DNA from: Leptolyngbyaceae cyanobacterium | GTDB taxonomy: Bacteria > Cyanobacteriota > Cyanobacteriia > Phormidesmidales > Phormidesmidaceae | NCBI GenBank assembly: GCA_050331235.1 | Contig: JBHJHA010000065.1 | Location: 1 to 44,986 of the forward strand | Length of the DNA: 44,986 bases | Reading direction: 5' to 3' | Part shown: positions 1 through 10,322 of the stretch, piece after piece | Layout: each line of letters opens with the position of its first letter | Numbering within the stretch: position 1 is the first letter of the stretch | Notes under the pieces: generated by a model | Database searches by the model: none | What the model saw: the letters and a program-made list of their open reading frames with translations, nothing else | What the model was told of the DNA's origin: nothing | Position numbers and translations under genes: made by a program

Positions 1-637
1 TGGCGCACAGCAGCGCTCCTCCCAAAACGCCCGCCACACCCATCATGTGGAATGGGTTCAAGGTCCAGATGTGGAAGCCCTGGAAGAACAGCAGAAAGCG
101 GAAGATGGCCGCTACCCCGAAGCTCGGCGCAAAGAACCAACTGCTCTGGCCCAACGGGTACATCAAGAAGACCGAAACAAACACCGCAATCGGCGCGGAA
201 AACGCAATCGCGTTGTAAGGTCGCAGGCCCACCAGACGCGCTACCTCAAACTGCCTGAGCATGAAGCCAATCAGCGCGAAAGCCCCGTGCAGCGCTACGA
301 AGCTCCACAGGCCGCCAATCTGGCACCAGCGCACAAAGTCGCCCTGGGCCTCAGGTCCCCACAGCAGCAGCAAGGAGTGACCCATGCTGTCGGCGGGAGT
401 CGATACCGCCACGGTCAAGAAGTTGCACCCTTCCAGGTAGGAAGACGCTAAACCGTGGGTGTACCAGGAAGTGACAAAGGTGGTGCCGGTCAGCCAGCCG
501 CCAATCGCCATGTAGGCGCAGGGGAATAGCAGTAGGCCGGACCAGCCGATGAAGACGAATCGGTCGCGCTTTAGCCAGTCATCGAGGACGTCGAACCATC
601 CTCGCTGGGCTTGCGCTCGTCCCATTGCTATGGTCAT
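1..637 (-). CDS. psbD: Photosystem II D2 protein (5' part; runs off the window start)
   Basis: Not in ORF track. Manual translation from ATG at 637 gives [34 protein letters not shown]...[17 protein letters not shown]...[36 protein letters not shown] at 645-650. Confidence 0.99.
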   Translation of the reverse strand, partial: MTIAMGRAQAQRGWFDVLDDWLKRDRFVFIGWSGLLLFPCAYMAIGGWLTGTTFVTSWYTHGLASSYLEGCNFLTVAVSTPADSMGHSLLLLWGPEAQGDFVRWCQIGGLWSFVALHGAFALIGFMLRQFEVARLVGLRPYNAIAFSAPIAVFVSVFLMYPLGQSSWFFAPSFGVAAIFRFLLFFQGFHIWTLNPFHMMGVAGVLGGALLCA

Positions 638-740
638 AGCGCGATTCTCCAAAAAATTATGAATCTACTAAAAGTACAGACAGCTTCGGGCGAGCGACAT
701 AGCATATAAGCAAAAATACTCACCCAAAATAAGCGTTGTC

Positions 741-782
741 TTAACTGTTCTTTACTATAAGCGATTTTTTTCTCAGATGCAG
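741..782 (-). promoter_or_regulatory. Putative psbD promoter (CTGCAT-N17-TATAGT) with overlapping HLR1-like direct repeat
   Basis: -10 at 754-759 and -35-like at 777-782 on minus strand; TTAACTGT-tc-TTTACTAT (741-758, + strand) resembles the RpaB HLR1 repeat. Confidence 0.45.
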
Positions 783-873
783 GGGTCCAAAATGGTGATC
801 CCGGCTCACAAAGCGCCCTCTCAGTAATTGTTTCATTCATAAAGACTTAATGTTTTAAGCCTGAAGCGAGGCC

Positions 874-881
874 GCGATCGC
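874..881. repeat. HIP1 octamer GCGATCGC (one example; recurs throughout the window)
   Basis: Examples at 874-881, 1459-1466, 7153-7160 and many more; hallmark of many cyanobacterial genomes. Confidence 0.95.
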
Positions 882-1396
882 GCTTTATGGCCAAGTTGCT
901 GGCAGTCTTGTAATCTTTTGTCGCCGCGCGGGCTAAGACCGTCAACACACAACCTGACTCGGCGCCAGACAAATGTATAACAACTTCACAATTGCGTCAG
1001 TAACACAAATATTTCGTGAAGCTAGATTTGTTCAAATGAGCAGAGCCTCAGTCACCGGTAAGTCCTCACAAGCTCGATTTTTCAGTAATTTCACTAGCGC
1101 ATTTTGCCGAATAATCATCCGGTCTCGGCACAAAAGTTAAAGAAGAAACGATTAAATGCATCGAGACCAACCGTAACCCGTAGCAAAACGCGTCAAAATG
1201 AGGAAACCTTTGCTATGTCGTCATTGTTTCTGCAATCATCGCTGAGACACCGCCAATGCTGCGACGATGAGGTTCGTCCCATCCACCACAACTTTGCTTT
1301 ACCTACACCCGATGACGGTGCCTACCGCCGCCACTTGAAAATGTGCGCTAAGCATTACTACTTATTGTTGAATGACCGTTAGGTCGATGTAAATCT

Positions 1397-2500
1397 ATGA
1401 ACGCCGGCTCAACTACTACTGCTATCCCAAAGAATGATTGTTCCAGCCCTGTTCTAGAGCGATCGCTCGAAGAATGCGAGGCGGCCCTAGCCCGGGGAGA
1501 CTCATCTACCGCAATTTGGCGGCAGCGTAGCTATTGTTTGGCAAAACTGCGGCGATATCCCGAAGCCATTTTGAGTTTTCAAAAAACATTGGCAGTGGCT
1601 CCCAATGATCCTAAAGTGTGGTGTAATTACGCTAGTACCCTGGCCGCTACGGGCCAACTAGTCGAAGCCGTGCGAGCCTATGATCGCGCTTTAGACATCG
1701 CGCCAAGGTATGCTAACGTCTGGCGGCGACGGGGCAAAGTACTTTATCACCAAAAACAATATGTCCAGGCCATTGAAAGCTATGACCATGCACTGGCCTT
1801 AGCCCCCGACGATGGGCGCGTGTGGTATGGCAAGGGCTTGGCGACTTATCATCTAGGACAAGTTACTCAGGCTGTGGATTTCTTCAAAGCGGCGATCGCC
1901 CACGACCCGATGAATCCCGACGCATTTATCTCTCTGGCCTACGCCCTGCTCGACTGCGATCGCTGCAGCCAAGCCCTTGCCTATTTACAACCGTGGATTG
2001 CTCGGGATTGGCAAGATGCCCGACTTTTTCAATGCTACGCCCACCTGCTATATCGGCGGGGACAGTACACCGCAGCACTCCAGCAATTAGAGCTAGCCTG
2101 TACCCTCAAACCGGAAGACGCTGACCTGTGGTTTCACAAAGGGATTATTCTTAGCCGATTAAACCGGTTGGCTCAAGCCCAGCAAGCCTTTCGAGCAGCG
2201 CTAAAACGACAGGCTAACCGCACAGATGGATGGCTAGCACTGGGGCTCATTTTACGGCTATTGTCAGAGCCTGAAGCCGCGATCGCTGCTTTCGATAAAG
2301 CACTGTCGCTGTCTCCCAGTCATCCCCTGGCATTCTTTCATCAAGCGGGATGCCATGCTCTGATGGGGCGGACGGATTGGGCCGCTGAGCATCTCCGTCG
2401 GGCACTCTCACTAGATACAGAAACCTACTTGCCAAAGGCTCGTAAGGATCCCATGCTCAAGTCCCTGGAGCCGCTGTTGCTGACTACAGCGACCCTTTGA
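1397..2500 (+). CDS. Tetratricopeptide repeat protein
   Basis: Serial 34-aa TPR units (W..RG..L...QY.QAIESYDHAL.LAP) and a C-terminal HQAGCHALMG...ARKDP cap. Confidence 0.9.
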   Translation: MNAGSTTTAIPKNDCSSPVLERSLEECEAALARGDSSTAIWRQRSYCLAKLRRYPEAILSFQKTLAVAPNDPKVWCNYASTLAATGQLVEAVRAYDRALDIAPRYANVWRRRGKVLYHQKQYVQAIESYDHALALAPDDGRVWYGKGLATYHLGQVTQAVDFFKAAIAHDPMNPDAFISLAYALLDCDRCSQALAYLQPWIARDWQDARLFQCYAHLLYRRGQYTAALQQLELACTLKPEDADLWFHKGIILSRLNRLAQAQQAFRAALKRQANRTDGWLALGLILRLLSEPEAAIAAFDKALSLSPSHPLAFFHQAGCHALMGRTDWAAEHLRRALSLDTETYLPKARKDPMLKSLEPLLLTTATL

Positions 2501-2534
2501 CCAGTCGGTTGTTGCGCGTTTATAGCCTGGAACA

Positions 2535-3068
2535 TCAGGCTGCCAAACCAAATTGCGCTCGCACCACTGGCAAAGGACATTCCCACAGCCCTTCTGGCTG
2601 CCATCTATAGGGGTCAAACTGAGCGCATTGCCCCCGGCGATAAGCCGCTTTCAGACGCAAGTTGACCGTAGACGCGTCCAAAACAGAAAAATGATGACGC
2701 TCCTGATGGAGCCCCCGGAGAATCCCCCCCAGGATCAGTAAGTTAGCAATGTGGAACTTGGCCCCGAGCAAAAATGCTTGGACTTCTGCTTCGCCGACGG
2801 GATCTGTCCCGTAATCGGTCAAAACATGTACGCCGTCGTGCAGCTGTTGGCGTCTTGGCCCCTGGTCCAAGGGTTGCAAATGATTGGCGTCTAAATGGCG
2901 CGCCCAGGCATAGCCAAAACTTTCAGCGGGGAGCGATCGCAAATAATCCATATCAACAATAGAGGGCACACTACGCCCGCAGCGATCGCTCAACCAGTTC
3001 ACCACTTGCAAGAGTTGGGCAATTCGCTGGGCTGCAAACGGCCCGGGTCTACGAGCAGTATTCAGCAT
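2535..3068 (-). CDS. Coq4-family protein
   Basis: LRSLPAESFGYAW and HDGVHVLTDYGTDPVGE match the Coq4 HDxxH...E metal motif. Confidence 0.85.
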   Translation of the reverse strand: MLNTARRPGPFAAQRIAQLLQVVNWLSDRCGRSVPSIVDMDYLRSLPAESFGYAWARHLDANHLQPLDQGPRRQQLHDGVHVLTDYGTDPVGEAEVQAFLLGAKFHIANLLILGGILRGLHQERHHFSVLDASTVNLRLKAAYRRGQCAQFDPYRWQPEGLWECPLPVVRAQFGLAA

Positions 3069-3106
3069 CAGAGTTATCAGATAAACAACTTGGGAGCAGC
3101 TGGCTC

Positions 3107-3147
3107 ATAAGGAATCAGACTGCGCGGGGCGCAGCCTGATTCCTTAT
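3107..3147 (-). terminator. 19-bp stem-loop between the Spy-like and Coq4-like genes
   Basis: ATAAGGAATCAGACTGCGC-ggg-GCGCAGCCTGATTCCTTAT; the single mismatch is a G-U pair on the minus strand; no clear U-tract. Confidence 0.6.
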
Positions 3148-3157
3148 AGACGAGCGG

Positions 3158-3559
3158 TTAGCGACGGTTTCTACGACCTTCCTGTCGCAGCGATCGCAGC
3201 TCAGAGAGTTGTTCCTCGGTCAGTACACTTTGCAGCTCTTCGCGGACAGACTGCCTAGCTTCCCAAGCCTGTAACTTTTGCTCATCGGTAAGGTCATCCA
3301 TCTCAGCGATCGCCGTGCGCACATTTTGGGTTTCCTCTAAAGTCGTGCGAAATTGAGACCGTTGTTCATCAGTCAAGATGTCTTCGATATCAGTTTTGAA
3401 GTCATCAAAGATAGCCTCTACTTGGGCCTCTTGGTCTTCAGTCAAATCGAGGGCATCAAACGCCGGTGGCAGTTGAGCATTGACTGGCAAAGATAGCGCA
3501 GTCATGACTGCGGTGGTCATTGCCGCAAGGCCTAAGCCAATTTGAAAGAAGCGTTTCAT
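3158..3559 (-). CDS. Spy/CpxP-like exported protein (LTxxQ repeats)
   Basis: Signal peptide (..PVNA|Q) and four motifs LTEDQ, LTDEQ, LTDEQ, LTEEQ. Confidence 0.85.
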   Translation of the reverse strand: MKRFFQIGLGLAAMTTAVMTALSLPVNAQLPPAFDALDLTEDQEAQVEAIFDDFKTDIEDILTDEQRSQFRTTLEETQNVRTAIAEMDDLTDEQKLQAWEARQSVREELQSVLTEEQLSELRSLRQEGRRNRR

Positions 3560-3649
3560 GGTTATAACTCCGATAGAGAATGAACTCGAACGCTTTCAAT
3601 CTAAGCGGTGACAATAGCTGAGTTTTAGGCAGCAGGTCATGATTGAACC

Positions 3650-3665
3650 CGTGACTAAAGTCATG
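3650..3665. promoter_or_regulatory. Inverted repeat, candidate site for the adjacent NarL-family regulator
   Basis: CGTGAC-TAAA-GTCATG in the divergent intergenic region; extra half-sites GTGAC (3608) and GTCAT (3636). Confidence 0.45.
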
Positions 3666-3718
3666 TTGGCCTCAGGCGAGAATAGAGTTACATAAAGAAA
3701 ACTGCGCTGTTTATCCCT

Positions 3719-4948
3719 ATGTCGTACGCCATTCACGCTCATCGGCACCCATTTCCCTTTTTGCTATACGGCGAATGGGTGATCATCGGTATCGCCATCT
3801 TGAGCGAGTTGGCAACCGGCTTATTACCCCGTTCAAACAGCTTTCCTGTTCTCACTTTTGGCATCATCGTGGCCTTTGGCGCGTTGGGCCTTTGGCTACC
3901 GGTCAAGCCATGGGGGCCGAAACTTGGGCACGTCGTCTTACAGTTTGGCTTACTTGCCTTGGCGGCGAAGTTTGGCACCTTCGGATTGCGGCTATTTCCG
4001 CTGCTTTACATTGTGCTGGTGTTGCGGAGTTGCCTTATGTTTGGCCTCTGGGGCCGGCTTGTGGTTACGGGAACGGTGTTTGTGTTGTTTGCAGGCAGAG
4101 TGCAAATCCGTGTGCGATCGCTGGACCGAGGACTGCCTGATGTAGTCGGGCGGCGGCTATTTCTTCTATTTTTTAGCCTGCGGTTCAATCTCATCGTGAT
4201 GTTTCTGCTGCTGCTAGTCTTTTTACTGGTTTTGATGAATGCTCTCCTCTCGGAACGCGAGCGCCGTGAAGAACTCCGCCAAGCCCACCAAAAACTACAG
4301 GCCTCAGCCGCTCAGATCGAAAAACTCGCCATGGACCAAGAGCGCACCCGCATTGCTCGCGAAATTCACGACTCCTTAGGACATGCCCTAACGGGGCTCA
4401 ACATTCAGCTTGAGGGAGCTCTCAAATTTTGGGACTCTGACCCCCAGCAGGCACAAGCCTTTGTTGCCCAAGCAAAAGAAATGGGCTCAATAGCGTTGCA
4501 AGAAACCCGGCAAGCCGTCGCGTCTTTTCGCCACGCGCCGTCCTCTGACCAAGACTTAGCAGACATGGTCACCCCCTTAACAGAAAAGTTTCAGCAAATA
4601 ACGGGCATTGCCCCTGACGTACAAATCAACTGTCCGCCCCTACCTGCATCACTGAAGCTAACGATTTATCGCATTGTTCAGGAAGCATTGACGAATATTT
4701 GGAAGTATGCACAAGCTGACCAAGTGGCGATCGCAATCCTAGCTGCCCAGGCTGATCGTGCTGGGCTAGAGATTCGCATTCAAGATAATGGCGTGGGTTT
4801 TGACCCCAAGGACAATACCACCGGCTTTGGTTTACGAGGCATTCAAGAACGGGCGATCGCCGACGGAGGACAGTTGCGCTTAACCACTGCTCCCGGTCAA
4901 GGATGCCTCGTCCAGGTTTGGTTGCCATTAACGCTGGAGGGAACATGA
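3719..4948 (+). CDS. Membrane sensor histidine kinase, HisKA_3 (DesK/NarX-type)
   Basis: Several N-terminal TM helices; ERTRIAREIHDSLGH H-box, QEALTN N-box, DNGVGF and GFGL G-boxes. Confidence 0.95.
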   Translation: MSYAIHAHRHPFPFLLYGEWVIIGIAILSELATGLLPRSNSFPVLTFGIIVAFGALGLWLPVKPWGPKLGHVVLQFGLLALAAKFGTFGLRLFPLLYIVLVLRSCLMFGLWGRLVVTGTVFVLFAGRVQIRVRSLDRGLPDVVGRRLFLLFFSLRFNLIVMFLLLLVFLLVLMNALLSERERREELRQAHQKLQASAAQIEKLAMDQERTRIAREIHDSLGHALTGLNIQLEGALKFWDSDPQQAQAFVAQAKEMGSIALQETRQAVASFRHAPSSDQDLADMVTPLTEKFQQITGIAPDVQINCPPLPASLKLTIYRIVQEALTNIWKYAQADQVAIAILAAQADRAGLEIRIQDNGVGFDPKDNTTGFGLRGIQERAIADGGQLRLTTAPGQGCLVQVWLPLTLEGT

Positions 4949-5601
4949 TTCACCTATTACTGGTGGATGATCAGGCGATCGTGCGCCAAGGGCTCACTGC
5001 TCTCCTGTCGTTAGAACCGGATCTGCAGGTTGTAGGCGAAGCTACTAATGGCCGCGAAGCCTTGAGCTTTACTCAAAAGTTGCTCAACACGCTCCAAGCC
5101 GTCGATGTCGTGCTGATGGATATTCGGATGCCGGTGATGGATGGGGTTGCCGCGACCCGTGAACTCTTACGCCAATACCCCAGCCTCAAAATCTTGATGT
5201 TGACCACGTTTGAAGAAGACGAATTAGTCCAGCAGGCGGTGCAGGCCGGAGCGATCGGTTATTTGCTCAAAGATACGCCCTCCGAGGAGGTGGCCCGGGC
5301 AATTCGCGCAATCCACCGGGGGTATGCCCAGTTTGGACCAGGAATTTTGCAAAAAATGATGTTGACGCCTGCCCCCCCTGCCAAGCAAGCGGCAGTCCCC
5401 CCCGGCTTTGATGAGCTGACGCCGCGGGAACGAGAAGTCCTCAGCTTGATTGGTCAAGGGGCAAGCAATCGAGAAATCGCCCAAGCCCTCTTTCTCTCTG
5501 AAGGCACGGTCAAAAACCATGTCACTCATATTTTGCATCGACTGGGCCTGCGCGATCGCACCCAAGCAGCTTTGTTAGCTGCGGCGTTGACAGAAATTTA
5601 G
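4945..5601 (+). CDS. NarL/LuxR-family response regulator
   Basis: VDDQ...MDIRMP...GYLLKD receiver plus LTPREREVL...GASNREIA...TVKNHV HTH; ATG at 4945 overlaps the kinase stop (ATGA) with GGAGG SD. Confidence 0.95.
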   Translation: MIHLLLVDDQAIVRQGLTALLSLEPDLQVVGEATNGREALSFTQKLLNTLQAVDVVLMDIRMPVMDGVAATRELLRQYPSLKILMLTTFEEDELVQQAVQAGAIGYLLKDTPSEEVARAIRAIHRGYAQFGPGILQKMMLTPAPPAKQAAVPPGFDELTPREREVLSLIGQGASNREIAQALFLSEGTVKNHVTHILHRLGLRDRTQAALLAAALTEI

Positions 5602-5672
5602 CGATCTACCGTCCCCTGATTCGCGCTGGCTGCTATACCCTTTAAGCATTTCCCAATAGGCTTTGGCGCGCT

Positions 5673-6644
5673 ATGACCACCCTCGATGATGCCACCCAAC
5701 AGTCGCTGCAAACGGCCCTACGCACTTATGTACACACCTACGGTGGTAAGTCAGCGCCAGAAATCCAAGCGATTGCCGGGGCAATCTTGACGGTCAAGGA
5801 AAAATCTGGGGCGCTCATTTCCCAGGGCCTAGAAATTGAACAGTGGGTAGACACTTTAGTCAGCAACTTTGACTTGGAGGGCCTAGCTGAGCAAGCGGGG
5901 GAAACTGCAGCTTTGCTCTTGGCCAACCAAACCAAGCATTGGCGTGAGACGATCGAGGTCAAAGCCACCGCAACAGTGGATGCTTTCATCCAGAAGTACG
6001 CCCCCGATCTGAATGTCCAAAAGATTCAGACCTTGACCGCGACGGTACTACCCATCGTTGAAGACGCCAAAATTACCCGCGCCGAAGCGGCCCGACTCAT
6101 TCAAACTATCTCTAAGCAGATCGACGTTACTGCCGCCATCAACCGCGTCATTGACCCCAAGTGGACATTTCTGGCCGAAAAGGCCATGCAAGTTTTACAG
6201 CATCAGGACTTAGAAGCCTCGGCAACGGAGGTCATGCATGCCTATGTCCACAAATTTGAACCCGCTGCGATCGAGATTGGCGAAGACTTGATCGAGCAAG
6301 CGGTACAGGCGGTGACCAATAGCAAGGTCAAACTGGGGCTGGATGTGGAGATCGACCCTGACACACGCCAGCTCATCGTCAAGCAGGTCATGTTGAAGTT
6401 CAACCTCATGGAAGCCGCTCCCCAACCGTCAAAAACGGCCTTAGAAATTGCTCAAGAACTCCATGAAGAAGTCAGCCGCTATCGTCGTGAACAAGGATTA
6501 GACACAATTAACTACATCCCAGAAGTCACGGTGACTGACGATGCCAGCGGCAACTCTCAATTGGGCGGGGAGCTCAGTGTTGGCATTGAGCTCCAGCCGA
6601 CGACATCGACCGATGACACCGATCAAAGCAGCGAAACCAGTTGA
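5673..6644 (+). CDS. Hypothetical helical protein with apparent internal repeats
   Basis: 323-aa ORF with protein-like composition; no family recognised. Confidence 0.75.
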   Translation: MTTLDDATQQSLQTALRTYVHTYGGKSAPEIQAIAGAILTVKEKSGALISQGLEIEQWVDTLVSNFDLEGLAEQAGETAALLLANQTKHWRETIEVKATATVDAFIQKYAPDLNVQKIQTLTATVLPIVEDAKITRAEAARLIQTISKQIDVTAAINRVIDPKWTFLAEKAMQVLQHQDLEASATEVMHAYVHKFEPAAIEIGEDLIEQAVQAVTNSKVKLGLDVEIDPDTRQLIVKQVMLKFNLMEAAPQPSKTALEIAQELHEEVSRYRREQGLDTINYIPEVTVTDDASGNSQLGGELSVGIELQPTTSTDDTDQSSETS

Positions 6645-7162
6645 TGCTCTGCTACCAAAAATTGATTGAACTTAATAAACTTGGCCAGTAGCGCAAGACT
6701 GCGGCAGAGATCTTTCGATCAAATTCAAGTTTTCAGCGAGTCAACCGCTTACCAAGCCCTGATCAATTCGTCGAAACGCCCTACCTGGCAAGGGCCAAAG
6801 CACTCAACCGCGCGATCGCAGGACATCGTTTGCCCTCCACTTAGACTTTTGTCTTTTGTCTCTATAAACAATATCTAAAACCATAAACTCAGCTAATCTA
6901 CCCTTTAGCCGGCTCAGCAGCATTCAGCAGGAATGAAGAAGTTTTTTGGCGTCAGGGCAGCGACAGAATAACTATTGCAACCCAATCGAATTGTTAAGAC
7001 GCTTTCGCAATCAGGATATGGCCCCCATAATGCTAATCAAGCCGAAAACCCTCGCTGCTTCACCGCGGCGAGTTTACCTATTTACTTTGCGTGGCAGGCT
7101 CCGGACCCATCATCGCCTGTCACTCCGCAATTTTTGACCAGAACGCTTTGGAGCGATCGCCT

Positions 7163-8026
7163 GTGAAACTCTCCGTATACGGCAAAGGTGGCATTGGCAA
7201 GTCCACCACTAGCTGCAACATCTCCGTCGCCCTCGCCATGCGAGGCAAAAAAGTCCTACAAATCGGGTGTGATCCCAAGCATGACAGTACCTTCACCCTG
7301 ACTGGATTTCTGATTCCGACTATTATCGACACCCTCAAAGACAAAAGCTTCCACTATGAGGATGTGTGGCCCGAAGACGTTATTTACAAGGGTTACGGCG
7401 GCGTCCATTGTGTTGAGGCGGGCGGTCCTCCGGCTGGTGCGGGCTGCGGCGGCTACGTCGTTGGTGAAACAGTCAAACTGCTCAAAGAGCTCAACGCGTT
7501 TGATGAGTATGACGTCATCCTGTTTGATGTCCTAGGTGACGTTGTTTGCGGCGGATTTGCAGCCCCGCTGAACTATTCCGATTACTGCATGATTGTGACT
7601 GACAATGGCTTTGATGCTTTGTTTGCCGCTAATCGCATTGCCGCTTCAGTCCGCGAAAAAGCGCGCACTCACCCGCTGCGCCTAGCGGGTCTCATCGGCA
7701 ATCGCACCTCCAAACGTGACCTCATTGATAAGTACATCGAATCCGTACCGATGCCAGTGCTGGAGATTCTGCCCCTAATTGAAGACATTCGGATTTCTCG
7801 CGTCAAAGGCAAAACCATCTTTGAAATGGCAGAAACCGATCCTTCGCTAGAACCGGTCACACAGTATTACCTGAACATTGCAGATCAAATCTTGGCTCAA
7901 CCAGAAGGGGTTGTGCCCAGTGAAACAAAAGATCGCGATTTATTTGCGCTGCTGTCTGACTTTTATCTCAACCCACCGGTAGACGCTCCGCAACAGGAAT
8001 CTGAGCTGGATCTCATGATGGTCTGA
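7163..8026 (+). CDS. chlL: Light-independent protochlorophyllide reductase iron-sulfur ATP-binding subunit
   Basis: GTG start at 7163 after [36 protein letters not shown] motifs. Confidence 0.98.
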   Translation: MKLSVYGKGGIGKSTTSCNISVALAMRGKKVLQIGCDPKHDSTFTLTGFLIPTIIDTLKDKSFHYEDVWPEDVIYKGYGGVHCVEAGGPPAGAGCGGYVVGETVKLLKELNAFDEYDVILFDVLGDVVCGGFAAPLNYSDYCMIVTDNGFDALFAANRIAASVREKARTHPLRLAGLIGNRTSKRDLIDKYIESVPMPVLEILPLIEDIRISRVKGKTIFEMAETDPSLEPVTQYYLNIADQILAQPEGVVPSETKDRDLFALLSDFYLNPPVDAPQQESELDLMMV

Positions 8027-8207
8027 GGCTGATTGCCTATCTGTGGATTGGAGATGAGTCATCGCTTTTCCCGCGAGATGCACCAGGACTCTCTACCAAC
8101 ACACAGAAATCTCTCCCATTCCCTGTAACGTTGCTCGAACTTATCGTCCTCTTTAGAGAAATTCATCTATCATGAGGCGTCTAAAAGCAACGGATTGAGG
8201 CAAAGCG

Positions 8208-8573
8208 ATGGCCTTCTTCGAAAACTTCGTATCGGTTATTCGCCAAAAGTGGTTGGATTACGTCGACGCTAATCGCGAATGGCTGCAGCTACAGATGCGA
8301 ATGACCTCGGTAAGAACTCCAGATGGCGGTCGCCGCCCATCTTCCTTACTGATTTTGGGTGTAGTCAACGCTCTAGAACCAAAACTTGGCAACTTGATGG
8401 TGCCTTTTTATCAGCTCAACTCTGATGAAGATGCCCTGGTGGAAGTTCTCGGTCTCAACTTTGATCCCGAGATCGTCTTAGACGAAGGCGATGTGCCAAC
8501 CACTCTGGAAGCCGAAAACGAAGAAGCCAAACTGCTGACAGATTCGGCGGATGACCTGACTGAACAAGGTTAG
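8208..8573 (+). CDS. Conserved cyanobacterial protein between chlL and chlN (DUF5331-like)
   Basis: RQKWLDY...NREW...T.DGGRRPSS..ILGV..ALEP...L..LGLNFDP pattern and position. Confidence 0.8.
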   Translation: MAFFENFVSVIRQKWLDYVDANREWLQLQMRMTSVRTPDGGRRPSSLLILGVVNALEPKLGNLMVPFYQLNSDEDALVEVLGLNFDPEIVLDEGDVPTTLEAENEEAKLLTDSADDLTEQG

Positions 8574-8644
8574 CGATCGCACTGCCTGCTTGACCAGGGA
8601 ACTTGGGAAAACATCTTTAACCAATAATTTATTCATAGGAGTAA

Positions 8645-10060
<1,416 letters not shown>

Positions 10061-10106
10061 TGCGGCTCTTTTCATCCGCCGTCTCGCATCCCCTATAAGG
10101 CTACGG

Positions 10107-10145
10107 ATAAACAACTCCGCCCAGTAGACATCATCTGGACGGAGT
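10107..10145 (-). terminator. Intrinsic terminator, possibly also serving chlN on the plus strand
   Basis: Minus-strand RNA ACUCCGUCCAG-N10-CUGGGCGGAGU-UGUUUAU; the mismatch is U-G only on the minus strand. Confidence 0.65.
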
Positions 10146-10266
10146 CATTTTGTTGCCGGAGGCCCGGCTGGTCCAATCAGCCGGCAGGTGAAGAAGGAAA
10201 CTCAGAAGTCGTTTACTTCGGGAGCTCTTCCCCATCGATGACCTAGCGCTCGATGTGAGCAATGCT
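10107..10266 (-). ncRNA. Candidate ~160-nt structured small RNA
   Basis: Promoter upstream, three internal hairpins, C/U-rich linker and minus-strand terminator; no RNA family recognised. Confidence 0.5.
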
Positions 10267-10270
10267 GTGA

Positions 10271-10299
10271 ATCATAGTATTCCAGTGATCGCCAGGCAA
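10271..10299 (-). promoter_or_regulatory. Sigma70-type promoter TTGCCT-N17-TATGAT
   Basis: -35 at 10294-10299, -10 at 10271-10276, exact 17-nt spacer, just downstream of the stop at 10323. Confidence 0.55.
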
Positions 10300-10322
10300 T
10301 TTACGGGACAGACCCGATCAGC

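Noticed and set aside
47..451. Plus-strand ORFs 47..451 and 52..258
   Set aside because: Antisense shadows of psbD.
10131..10235. 34-codon minus-strand ORF (MGKSSRSK...) inside the candidate sRNA
   Set aside because: Start lies in a stem, stop falls within the terminator, no recognisable features; Ribo-seq would be needed.
10253..10264. 12-nt match CAUUGCUCACAU to the enterobacterial RyhB core as I recall it
   Set aside because: Short match, no similarity elsewhere and no evident Fur box; most likely chance.
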